Shown piece by piece: positions 41,090-50,513 of a stretch of 64,000 nt of DNA (position 1 is the first letter of the stretch; the number at the start of each line of letters is the position of its first letter). Origin of the DNA: an uncultured Chloroflexia bacterium (GTDB taxonomy: Bacteria > Chloroflexota > Anaerolineae > CG2-30-64-16); contig CAWEMM010000006.1 in the NCBI GenBank assembly GCA_963810095.1, positions 1,568,001-1,632,000 on the forward strand, read 5' to 3'. The notes beneath the pieces were generated by a model. The model saw nothing but the letters and a program-made list of their open reading frames with translations. It ran no database searches and was not told where the DNA came from. The translations under genes were made by a program, and so were the position numbers.

Positions 41090-43152
41090 CGCGGCCGGCT
41101 CCGAGGTACGATCGCCAGCGCCCGTGGAGCTCGGCAACGAACTGTGACGGGGTTCCCCAGTAGATGTCGATGCGGTATTGGTCCAGGTATCGAGCGAGGT
41201 ACTTGCGGGCCGCGTTCCGCGTCTGCGGCGTTTGCCATATCCAGTTGCACGCCCACGTGGATCTTTTTGCTGCGGTTGGTCTGGCTGATCGGGCGAATCA
41301 GGCCCTGCAACACGGCCCGAAACTCCCAATCGTCGATATCATACCCGAGGAACAGGAAGCTGTGCTCGGAGAGCATCCGAAGCACGTTCATGGGCATGAT
41401 CGACTCCTGGTCGCGCGACAGCCGTACGAAGTGCTGGAGGTAATCGTCCTCGCTCAGCACCAGGTGCTTGCGTTGATCGTCCTGGTCCGAGCCGCCCAGG
41501 TGGAAGACGACGGGGTTGTCGGGGCTGGGGGCCGGGGTGAGAACCCACTGTGGTGAGCCCGCGGCCGCTTGCTCCCAGCGGGGCCCCACCCGGCGGGCCG
41601 GCCGCCCGCGCTGCTTCAGCGCCTCGAACATAAAGCTGTCGACGTTCGTCGTCATGTACAGGCTCAGGGGGAGATCGGCCAGCAGGTGATGGATCTCGTT
41701 TTCCTGGATCTGCAGCACCTGCTCCGACCAGTTGAGCGCAGCGATGGTATCGCTCAGGCTCGCATCCTTAGCCTGCCGCTTCTGATCGTCCGTCGGCTGG
41801 ACGCCCAGGTAGCCAAATAGGCTGCGCTGGAGCAGGCGCAGGTAGTCCGATACCATGAGGTCGGGATCGTTGACCGCCATAAACTGCATCACCCGGTGCA
41901 GTTGGTTCCGGTCGGACAGCGGATAGCCGTACCGGTCGGCCAGCTTCTGCGCCAGCGCCTCCTCGCTCGACAGGAGCCCCTCGGTCACCCGCGGCCCGAG
42001 GAAGGCAGTGCAAAGGCCCTGGTCGACGTTTTCCAGGAGGAACGGCCAGAAGAGGTCGGCCCGGTCGCTGGTGATGATCCCGCGTTCGCCCAACAGCCGG
42101 CCCGACTGGAGCCGGCTGAAGAGGACGGGGATCGATGCGCCCGGAAGCCGGGCGGTCATAATGGCAGCGCGCGCTTCGTTTGCGGCCAGGTCGGCTTGGC
42201 CGTGCAGCAGGAGCCGCTGGTAGAAGGTGCGGCTGAAGGCGGCCGCGGTCTCCACGGACACCAGGTCTTGCATGGCCAGGACGGCCGGTGCGCCCGCCGC
42301 AACCAACTGGGGCGCCAGGCCGCGAAATGCGTCGGCCGGGCTGCGGGTGGCAGTCTGGCAGCTCGAGAGGTAGACCAGCCGCAGCTTGTCCTCTGTATCC
42401 AACGTGGCGTCTCCGAGCTGCCGCGCGAGCATGGCCGCGATCTCCTCGGCGCGGGCGAGGGTGACCGCATTCCGGTCGTCGGCGAGGTACAGGACCGCGC
42501 CGGTCCGCTCGCTGTAGCTGCCGTGGCCGACGAAGTGAAGGATGTGGCCGCCCTGCTTGAGCGCCGCCTCGATGGCCGGCAGCGTGCAAGGCTGGGGCAA
42601 GGGAACGACCTCGACCGGAAGTCCGTGCGTCGCGTCTGCCAGTGCCGCGCACTCGAGTGCGACGTCCAGGGCAGCCAGCCCGTACTCGGCCAGATTCGCC
42701 GGGTTAGCGACCGCGACGAGAATCCTGATGGGCCGCTTGAGGATAGGACTGCCCGGTTGCCACTGGCCTGCCAGGTAGCGGGAGAAAGGGGTCGCGGCGG
42801 ACGCGCCAATGTCCTGGACCGTGTCGCCGCCAGGGTCGCGCAGCAGCTCCCACGGCACAGTATGCAATTCGGGCGCGGCGGCATCGAGGCGCAGGCGCAG
42901 CCGGCGCCGGGGGGCCCGGCCCCGCACTTCGGCCCATGCGGCCTTGATCCGATCGTCGGCCACCAGGCAGGCGAACAAACGCTCGCCGTCTGCTTTCGGA
43001 TCGTCCCCCTCCACCCAGGGCACCAAGCTGGGTGCGATGAAGCCGCGGCGGTACTCCAACTCACGGTTAAGCGTAAGCTCGACCGGATATCCCTCTACCT
43101 GTCGGGGCAGGATGCGGATTTCCAGGTCTGTGAAGCCGTCGGTGTCGGGCAT
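41073..43152 (-). CDS. CHAT (caspase-like) protease fused to SIR2-like domain (frameshift ~41215)
   Basis: CHAT: VPWELL, ILVAVANP, HFVGHG, LSSCQT, VLAMQ, FSRTFY; SIR2_2-like: AFLGP, YMTTNVD, VFHLGGS, LVLSEDDY, FLFLGY...DWEF; corrected tail IDIYWGTP..F..EL. Confidence 0.85.
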
Positions 43153-43335
43153 ACTGCTGGCCTGCTCGAGACTTGCACTAGTAGATATTAAGCACGATAC
43201 AATCGGACGACAAATTACAGCATGCGTCCTGCTAAGATTCCGTGAGCTTGGTTACCATGCGGTGGGCTTCCGGGCGTGTCCGCCGACCGCGGGACTGGCG
43301 CGCGAAGTTTTTCTGCACTTTGTAGGCCCGGCCCC

Positions 43336-43364
43336 TTGTCGGCGCCGTTCATACTTTGTATAAT
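43336..43364 (+). promoter_or_regulatory. sigma70-type promoter of bcp
   Basis: TTGTCG, 17-bp spacer, TATAAT. Confidence 0.6.
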
Positions 43365-43402
43365 CTTGCTTGTCGATGTCAACCCGACCAGGAGAGGGGA
43401 AA

Positions 43403-43897
43403 ATGGCGAAGAAGGAAGTGGAAGTCCCGGCGGGCGTGCCTGAGGTGGGGAGCCCGGCGCCCGACTTTGAGCTGAAAAACGACGAGGGGAAGACCGTGCG
43501 GTTGAGTGACCTGCGGGGGAAGCGGGTCGTGCTCTATTTCTATCCGAAGGACGACACCCCAGGCTGCACCACGCAGGCCTGCGGCTTTCGTGACAATTAC
43601 GTGGAGATCCAGGAGCAAAACGCGGTCGTGCTGGGCATCAGCCCGGACGGCGAGAGCAGCCACGCCAAGTTCAAGACCAAGTTCAACCTGCCGTTCACCC
43701 TGCTGGCCGACCCCGAGCATGTCGTCTCAGAGGCTTACGGTGTGTGGCGCGAGAAGAGCATGTACGGCAAAACCTACATGGGCATCGTTCGCTCGCATTT
43801 CGTGATCGACGAGAACGGCAAGGTCGCAGACGTGCGCTACAGCGTCAGCCCGGACGACAGCGTGCAGAGCGCGCTGGCTGCGCTCCGTTTGAGCTGA
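43403..43897 (+). CDS. bcp: Peroxiredoxin BCP/PrxQ
   Basis: LYFYPKDDTPGCTTQAC, GISPD, YMGIVRSHF. Confidence 0.93.
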   Translation: MAKKEVEVPAGVPEVGSPAPDFELKNDEGKTVRLSDLRGKRVVLYFYPKDDTPGCTTQACGFRDNYVEIQEQNAVVLGISPDGESSHAKFKTKFNLPFTLLADPEHVVSEAYGVWREKSMYGKTYMGIVRSHFVIDENGKVADVRYSVSPDDSVQSALAALRLS

Positions 43898-43904
43898 TCG
43901 CGGT

Positions 43905-43960
43905 CTGGAAACGCAAAGGCGAGAGCCACCACATGGTCGCTCTCGCCTTTGCGTTTCCAG
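43905..43960. terminator. 22-bp perfect stem between convergent genes (terminator or REP-like)
   Basis: CTGGAAACGCAAAGGCGAGAGC-N12-GCTCTCGCCTTTGCGTTTCCAG. Confidence 0.65.
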
Positions 43961-43981
43961 GGGTTGGCAGGTGAGCTGCTT

Positions 43982-45163
43982 CTATACTCTGCCCCGCACC
44001 GCCTGCCCGAAGTGTCGGACCCGGATGCCGGGCCCAGTTGCGCCATAACGGGCACGGAGCCACGTCCGCTCGGGCCAGAGCGTCCGCCCTACGATGCGGG
44101 CAGCATCGCGGCTCCGGTCGACCAGCAGCAGTTGAAATGCAAGGCGCCGGGGCCCGCCTGTCATGTCGCGGCCTTCGAGCATGTAGGTGGTGCCGACGAA
44201 GCGGCGCAGGGCGCGGCGTCGGGCGGGCGGGGGTGCGAGCTTCGCAAGGGCTTTTGCCGCACCCGGCAACCCGAATAGCTCGTTTGCCAGGTCGAGCACC
44301 AGCCAGGTCGCCGTAGCCACCCGCCAAGCGCGCGCCCGCTCGGCCAGGATTGGCCAGTCGATAGCGTCGGTCCGGCTCAACAGGGCCACGTCGAGTAGCG
44401 CCCGGATGCCGGGATAGGCCATCTGGTGATTGACGGCGATGTGCACGGCGGACTGTACGATCGCGTCTTCCGGCGCGAGCGCGGAGGCGGGGCATCCGAG
44501 CACATCCACCTGGCGCACCCGCGCGCGAATGCCTGCGTCGTCGATGGCAGCCGTCCGCCGCACCCATTCGCCGGCAAATATGCCCCAGTGTAACTCGACG
44601 AGACCCGTGCCCGGCGCGGCGCTGATCATCTGTACCTCGCCGCCGGTATGCTGTTGCAGGTCGAGGGGCCGCTCGGGCTTGCGAAGCTCCCGGTAGCCGA
44701 TCGTGCCCAGTGCGGCCCGGGCCGGCGGCATCCCCTCGTGTGTCAGCCACAGGTCCAGGTCGCCCATGGGCCGGCAGGCCGGGTCCGGGTACGCGGTGTA
44801 GGCCAGGGCCGCGCCCTTGAACAGGACGGGCGAGACCCCGGCGTGCGCCAAGCACTCGAGGATGGTGCGGAGCTCGTCGCCGTGCAACTCGGCGTCGGCT
44901 GCCGCCGCGTAATAAGCGCTGCGCAGGGCCTGGGCCAGGGGTGCTGCCAGCGCCCGCGTGCACCCCGCAGTTTTCAGCCGGTGCCACACGAACGGCGCGA
45001 GGGCCAGCCGCGTCAGCCAGTCGGCCCAGGAGGCGTCGGCCCCGCTCTGCGCCCACTCGGCTAGCGCCGGCCCGTCATCCAACAGCCCGCGCAGAAGCCG
45101 CGCTCCGCCCGGGGGCGCCCACCCCGGGGGATGCCAGACGACCGGGTGCTTGGATTTCGCCAT
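43982..45163 (-). CDS. Uncharacterised nucleotidyltransferase (NTP_transf_5-like)
   Basis: VLFKGAALA...Y.....RPMGDLDLW, VELHW, H.AVNH, LLDVA..DW. Confidence 0.75.
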   Translation of the reverse strand: MAKSKHPVVWHPPGWAPPGGARLLRGLLDDGPALAEWAQSGADASWADWLTRLALAPFVWHRLKTAGCTRALAAPLAQALRSAYYAAAADAELHGDELRTILECLAHAGVSPVLFKGAALAYTAYPDPACRPMGDLDLWLTHEGMPPARAALGTIGYRELRKPERPLDLQQHTGGEVQMISAAPGTGLVELHWGIFAGEWVRRTAAIDDAGIRARVRQVDVLGCPASALAPEDAIVQSAVHIAVNHQMAYPGIRALLDVALLSRTDAIDWPILAERARAWRVATATWLVLDLANELFGLPGAAKALAKLAPPPARRRALRRFVGTTYMLEGRDMTGGPRRLAFQLLLVDRSRDAARIVGRTLWPERTWLRARYGATGPGIRVRHFGQAVRGRV

Positions 45164-47109
45164 CAGGAGCGGACCTTCGTCTCGCCGCTGTACTCGGGGA
45201 CCAGGCTGCGCAGCGCGAGGCGCATGCTCTCTTCGTCCTGGCAGTACGCGGCCTCGAGAAGTGATTCGAGGCGGCCGGCCAGCGCATCGCTCGACCCGTC
45301 GAAGGCGCCATGACCGTTCGTGAAGCGCAGGATTTTCTCGTGCTCGGTGCGCCCGTAATGCTCGGACGACGTCAGCAGCTCCTCGTACAGCTTCTCGCCG
45401 GGGCGCAGGCCGGTGAACCGGATCTTGATGTCGCGGTCGGGCTCGAGGCCGGACAGGCGGATCAGGTCGCGCGCCAGGTCGACAATGCGGAGCGGTTCGC
45501 CCATGTCGAGCACGAACACTTCTTCCCCACGCCCCATCGTTGCCGCCTGCAGCACGAGTTGAACCGCTTCGGGGATGGTCATGAAGAAGCGCCGTACCTC
45601 GGGGTGGGTCACGGTGACGGGGCCACCCGCCGCGATTTGCTTTTGGAAGAACGGGACGACGCTGCCCCGGCTGCCGAGCACGTTGCCGAAGCGGACGGCC
45701 ACGTACGCGCAGCCGTGTGTGCGTGCCGATCGCTGGACGATCAGCTCGGCTACCCGCTTGGTTGCGCCCATGATGCTCGTCGGGTTCACGGCCTTGTCGG
45801 TCGAGATGAGTACGAAGTGGGTCACGCCAGCTGCTGCGCTTGCCTCCACCACCCGCAGCGTGCCAAACACGTTGTTCGTGATGGCGTCGGCGATGTTGTC
45901 TTCCATCAGCGGGACGTGCTTGTGCGCGGCAGCATGGAACACGACCTCGGGCCGGTGTTCGGCGAACACCGCACCCAGCCGCTCGGCGAAGCGAACGTCT
46001 GCAATGACGGGGGTAATGACGGGCTGGAGACCGGGAGGACAGGGGGAGTCGGGGCCGGCGAGCTCGGCCCGCAGCTCGTTGTGGATGTCAAAAATCGAGT
46101 TTTCGCCGTGGCCCAACAGGACCAGCGTCGCGGGGCAGCAGCGCAGAATCTGCCGGCAGAGCTCCGACCCGATGGAGCCGCCCGCGCCGGTGACGAGGAC
46201 CCGTTTGCCGTGCAACAGCGCTTCGACGCGTGCCGTGTCGGTGAGAACGGGCTCGCGGCGCAGCAGGTCGTCGATTTGCACGTCGCGCAATTGGTTCAGC
46301 CGGACGTTGCCGCCAAGAATCTCGTAGATGCCCGGCACGATGCGGGCCCGCACGCTGGCCGATTCGCAGATGTCCACGATCTCGCGGATTGTTTTGCCGG
46401 TCGCGCTGGGCATGGCGATGATGACTTGCTCGACGTGGTGCTGACGCACGAACTCGGGGATGGCGTCTCTGCCGCCCAGCACCCGCACACGGTTGAGTAG
46501 CACTCCGTGTTTGGCTGGGTCGTCGTCGACGAAGCCGACGGGGACCAGGCCCATCTGCGGGTTCTGGCGCAGCTCGCGCAGCACCATCGCGCCGGCCTCG
46601 CCCGCACCCACGATGAGGACGTGCTGCAAGGGACCACTGGCCTGGCCCTCCTTCCCCGACCGCTGCGCGTTCAGCGCGCCGGCGCGCAGTGCGAAGCGAG
46701 GCGCTGCGATGACGGCAAAGGTGATGAAGACGCTGATGAGGGGAATGGAGCGCGGCACACCGGGCGCCAGGAGGGCGGGGAAGAAGGCCTGGGCGCCGAG
46801 GAACAGCGCACCTTGTGCCAGCGAGCCAATCGCCGCGGCCCAAACCAGCAGCATCATTTCGTCGTATCCCGCGTACTGCCAGTAGCGGGAGTACAGGCCC
46901 AGGCCGGCGAAGATCGGCAGCATGATGATCGGGGCCGCGATCGCGTAGAGCAGCATGGTCTGCGCGTACGTCTGGATCAGGGCGCTGTCGAGGCGGAGTG
47001 CAAAGGCCAGGATGGCGGCCATCGGGAGGAGCAGCCCGTCGGTGAGGAGCAGGTGCCGGTTGCGCACGCGCAGCAGCAGCCGGGGCAGGGTAAAGGAAAA
47101 TGGTTTCAC
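45163..47109 (-). CDS. capD: CapD/PglF-type nucleoside-diphosphate-sugar 4,6-dehydratase
   Basis: N-terminal TMs, GAGEAG, GAGGSIGSEL, FHAAAHKHVP, ISTDKAVNP..MGATK, RFGNVLGSRGSV, GEKLYEEL. Confidence 0.9.
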   Translation of the reverse strand: MKPFSFTLPRLLLRVRNRHLLLTDGLLLPMAAILAFALRLDSALIQTYAQTMLLYAIAAPIIMLPIFAGLGLYSRYWQYAGYDEMMLLVWAAAIGSLAQGALFLGAQAFFPALLAPGVPRSIPLISVFITFAVIAAPRFALRAGALNAQRSGKEGQASGPLQHVLIVGAGEAGAMVLRELRQNPQMGLVPVGFVDDDPAKHGVLLNRVRVLGGRDAIPEFVRQHHVEQVIIAMPSATGKTIREIVDICESASVRARIVPGIYEILGGNVRLNQLRDVQIDDLLRREPVLTDTARVEALLHGKRVLVTGAGGSIGSELCRQILRCCPATLVLLGHGENSIFDIHNELRAELAGPDSPCPPGLQPVITPVIADVRFAERLGAVFAEHRPEVVFHAAAHKHVPLMEDNIADAITNNVFGTLRVVEASAAAGVTHFVLISTDKAVNPTSIMGATKRVAELIVQRSARTHGCAYVAVRFGNVLGSRGSVVPFFQKQIAAGGPVTVTHPEVRRFFMTIPEAVQLVLQAATMGRGEEVFVLDMGEPLRIVDLARDLIRLSGLEPDRDIKIRFTGLRPGEKLYEELLTSSEHYGRTEHEKILRFTNGHGAFDGSSDALAGRLESLLEAAYCQDEESMRLALRSLVPEYSGETKVRS

Positions 47110-48179
47110 GCGTGCCTTCTCTGGATGCGGCGGCGCGCACGTTCCTGTGCCACAACAGAGTACCACAGGCCGAGCGCCGCAGCGGGAATGGTGAGTGCTA
47201 TCAGGAACGGCGCGGCGGGCAGGTTTGCCAGCCAGGCAAGGCCGAGCCCGCCGCCCAGCGCCGCGAGCGCGGCGTATAACAGCGAAACAGGACCGTGGCC
47301 GTAGCCAAGGATGACCAGCCGCTGGTAAAGATGCGACCGGTGCGCTGCGAAAACGTTCTCGCGGCGTAGGGCCCTTCTGATAAACGTAAACGAGGCGTCG
47401 AAAACAAACGGCCAGACGGCGAGCACGCCAACGACCGCCAGCCGGGGATCGACCTGGGCGGCGGCTACTGCCAGGCTCGCCAGGCTCAGCCCAAGGAATG
47501 CGCTGCCGACGTCGCCCATGAAGATGCGGGCCGGCGACCAGTTGTAGCGCAAGAAGCCGAGGCTCGCGCCCGCGATAATCAGGCCGATCTCCGCCAGGAG
47601 CACGGTCCCGGTGATCCAGCCCGCGGCCGCCCAGGCGAGGCCTGCCACCACGGCCTGCGCCCCGGCGATCCCATCGATCCCATCCATAAAGTTGTAGGCA
47701 TTGGTGAGCCCGGTCAGCCAGAAGAAGGCGAGGACTGCGCCGGCGCCGTACAGGCGCACCGTTCCCGCGATGGGCAGCTCGACCTGCCAGAAGTGCCCCA
47801 GCGCCACGATCACCGCGACGGCCGCGGCGGCATGGACGGCGAAGCGGATGGAGTTGGGCAGCGAGCGAATGTCATCGACCAGGCTGACGGCGGCCACGGC
47901 AGCCCACGCTCCGAGCATCAGCCCGATGGGCAGCCAGCTCGTGACACCGAGCCCGGCAGCCATCACGACGGTCAGGACAAGCGTCACGACGACGATGGCC
48001 AGCCCGCCGCCCCGCGGCACGGGCCGGGTGTGCGAGCTGCGTTCGTTGGGGATGTCGAGCAGACGCTGCGCGGCAAACCGGCGGATGGCTGCCACGCCGG
48101 CCCAGCTGAGCGCGAAGGCAACCACGGTGAGCGCCACGCCGAGGGCCAGAAGCTCGAGCACGTCCCGTTCAGCTAGCAC
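47106..48179 (-). CDS. MraY/WecA-like polyprenyl-phosphate HexNAc-1-P transferase (WbpL type)
   Basis: DIPNERSSH..PRGGG, DD, NAYNFMDGIDG, IFMGDVGS, HRSHLYQRL. Confidence 0.9.
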   Translation of the reverse strand: MLAERDVLELLALGVALTVVAFALSWAGVAAIRRFAAQRLLDIPNERSSHTRPVPRGGGLAIVVVTLVLTVVMAAGLGVTSWLPIGLMLGAWAAVAAVSLVDDIRSLPNSIRFAVHAAAAVAVIVALGHFWQVELPIAGTVRLYGAGAVLAFFWLTGLTNAYNFMDGIDGIAGAQAVVAGLAWAAAGWITGTVLLAEIGLIIAGASLGFLRYNWSPARIFMGDVGSAFLGLSLASLAVAAAQVDPRLAVVGVLAVWPFVFDASFTFIRRALRRENVFAAHRSHLYQRLVILGYGHGPVSLLYAALAALGGGLGLAWLANLPAAPFLIALTIPAAALGLWYSVVAQERARRRIQRRHA

Positions 48180-49195
48180 GTTCGAGCGCTCCGTTCACGG
48201 CCATACCGGCTACTGCATCGCGCCAGCCCGCCTGCAGGTCGTACGCGGGGCAGTAGCCCAACTCGCGCATCATGCGCGAGCCGTCGACTGCGACGTCTTC
48301 CAGGTACTTCTCGAGCATGGCCGAGCTGACGGGCAGGGGCCGCCCGAAGAGCTTCGCCAGGCCGTCGCCCGCTCGGGCGGCCGTCTGCACGGGCCAGACG
48401 GGAAGCGCCCAGCGGGGCGCGGGACGGCCGAGCCCGGCGCAAATTGCGGCCAGGATTTCGCGCAGCGTGTGGACCTCACCGTCAGTCACGTTGTAGACCT
48501 GGCCGGCGGCGGCTTCGGCGGCGAGGGCCACCGCTACAGCCGCGGCAACGTCCTGTTCGTGGACAAGCGTGCGCCGGTTTTCGCCCCGGCCCACCGGCAC
48601 GAAGCGGCCGCGGGCGAGCGCCGTGACGAGCCGGCTGTAGTTCCCCTTGACCCGGCTGCCGTACACTGCGGCCAGCCGCAGCACCACCCCTAAGGGGGCG
48701 CCGTCGGCGCCGCGTGCGGCCAGGACCACCTGCTCGCCGGCTAGCTTGGTCTCGCGCATAGAGCGTGTCTGGGCGGGGCGCAGCATTCTCGCTGAGCAGT
48801 TCCCCGCGCCCGTAACCGTACACCGCGATCGTGCTCAGGAAGGCCAGCCGCCGGACCCCGCATTGGCCGGCCACCTCCACCACCGTCTCCGTCCCCCGCA
48901 CGTTGACGCGCTCGAACTCGGCGGCGAGTTCGGGGCCGGGGTTGTTAATGTGCAGCAGCGCGGCCATGTGGACGACGTGTGAAGCGCCTGCCATGGCGGC
49001 GCCGAGCACGTGGCGGTCGCAGATGTCGCCGGTAAACCACTCGACGTCGGTCGTGTACGGCCGGCCGGCTGCAGGGGCCAGGCCGAGCCCGCGCACCCGG
49101 TAGCCATGCGCGCCGAGCAGGTTGACCACTGCCGGGCCGAGCGCGCCGCTCGCGCCGGTAACGAGGACGGTGGGGCGGGGGTTATCCGCGGGCAC
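48169..49195 (-). CDS. NAD-dependent epimerase/dehydratase (WbpK/WbpV-like; frameshift ~48760)
   Basis: VLVTGASGALG, VVHMAA, NVRGT, LSTIAVYG, Y...K, LRLAAVYG. Confidence 0.85.
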
Positions 49196-50435
49196 GCGTC
49201 ACCTCGCGGATCAGCGCGTCGTACTGGGCGGCGACGGCCGCCCGAGAGTGGTGCGCGATGACGTAGCGCCGGCCGTTTTCGCCTTGCGCAGGGAGCTCGG
49301 CCCGCTGCGCGTAGGCCTGGCGCACCGCGGCGGCCATCTGTTGCGCGTCGTCGGGCGGAACGGCCCAGCCGCACTGCGCCGCGTCGACGACCCAGGCCAG
49401 CTCCGAGTCGTGGTCGGCCGACGCGATGACGGGCCGGGCCGCGGCCATGATCGTGTAGATCTTCGACGGAAAGGTTTCTTGCGCGGTGCCGCTCTTGAGT
49501 GGCACGAGGCAAACGTCGCTTGCGGCATAGATCTGCGGAACGACAGAGCGTGGTTGATAGGGTAGGAGAACCACGCCCGGCAGCGGGTCTTGCCGGAGCT
49601 CGTTTTCCAGCCACTCGCGCCGGGTGCCGTCGCCAACGATCAGGAAGCGGAGGTCGGGCAGATCGGCCAGCAGCCGAGCGGCTTGCAGGACCGTCTCGAA
49701 GCCTTGGGTCAGGCCGATGTTGCCCGCGTACTGGACGACGAACTTGTCGTCGAGGCAGTGCTGGCGCGCAAAGTCGTTCTGTTTGGGTCCGGGCTCGATA
49801 AAGCTCGTGTCGACAAAATTCGGGATGACCCGCAGCTTGGCCGCGGGCACGCCCTTGGCGAGGAGGCGGCGCCGGAACCACTCGGAGATGACGGTGATGA
49901 CCCGCGCGCGGGCGTAGACGAACGTCTCGAGCCCCTCGAAGAAACGTATGGCGGTGCGATTCGTTAGCATGCCGAGGCTGACGGCCACGTCGGGGTAGAT
50001 TTCCTGCACGTTGTAGATGAAGGGCGCGCCGCGCAGCAGGCGAAGCAGCCACGCGCTGAGGCCGATCGTCAGCGGGGGCGAGGGCGCGATAATCACGTCG
50101 AACGGGCCGACGGCAAGGAGGCCGGCAGCCGTGCTGATGGCATGAAACCGCAGGTAGTCGAGAATGCGCGCGCCGACACGCCAACCCTTAACCGGGATCG
50201 ACGCGTGGAGCACTTTGATCCCGCCGATCTCGCTTTCGTAGAGCAGGCCGCCCCAGCGCTTTGTGAGCGGCTGGCGCGCCCGCGCCTCGGGCTCCTCGTT
50301 GTAATGCGGGGTGGTGGTCAGCACCGTAACCTCGTGGCCCAGTGCTTTCAACTCGAGCGCGAGCTCGGTCATCAGCACGGCGGTCGAGACGCCGTCGGGC
50401 GCGAAGACGAGGGTTAGGAGAAGGATTCTACTCAA
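49182..50435 (-). CDS. Glycosyltransferase family 4 (WbuB/WcaI-like)
   Basis: FAPDGVS, PHYN, SPPL, VQEIYPD, YAGNIGLTQG, FPSKIYTIMAA. Confidence 0.88.
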   Translation of the reverse strand: MSRILLLTLVFAPDGVSTAVLMTELALELKALGHEVTVLTTTPHYNEEPEARARQPLTKRWGGLLYESEIGGIKVLHASIPVKGWRVGARILDYLRFHAISTAAGLLAVGPFDVIIAPSPPLTIGLSAWLLRLLRGAPFIYNVQEIYPDVAVSLGMLTNRTAIRFFEGLETFVYARARVITVISEWFRRRLLAKGVPAAKLRVIPNFVDTSFIEPGPKQNDFARQHCLDDKFVVQYAGNIGLTQGFETVLQAARLLADLPDLRFLIVGDGTRREWLENELRQDPLPGVVLLPYQPRSVVPQIYAASDVCLVPLKSGTAQETFPSKIYTIMAAARPVIASADHDSELAWVVDAAQCGWAVPPDDAQQMAAAVRQAYAQRAELPAQGENGRRYVIAHHSRAAVAAQYDALIREVTRARG

Positions 50436-50513
50436 CGTGCTGGTGACCTGTGCAGTTGGGCAACCTGCAACGGTGACTCGTTCGTCTCATTCACTTTCGT
50501 TCGTTCCATAGCC

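Noticed and set aside
50476-50510. TCGTTCGT/CATTCAC run as another 9-bp repeat arm
   Set aside because: Periodicity is irregular and no partner arm was seen.
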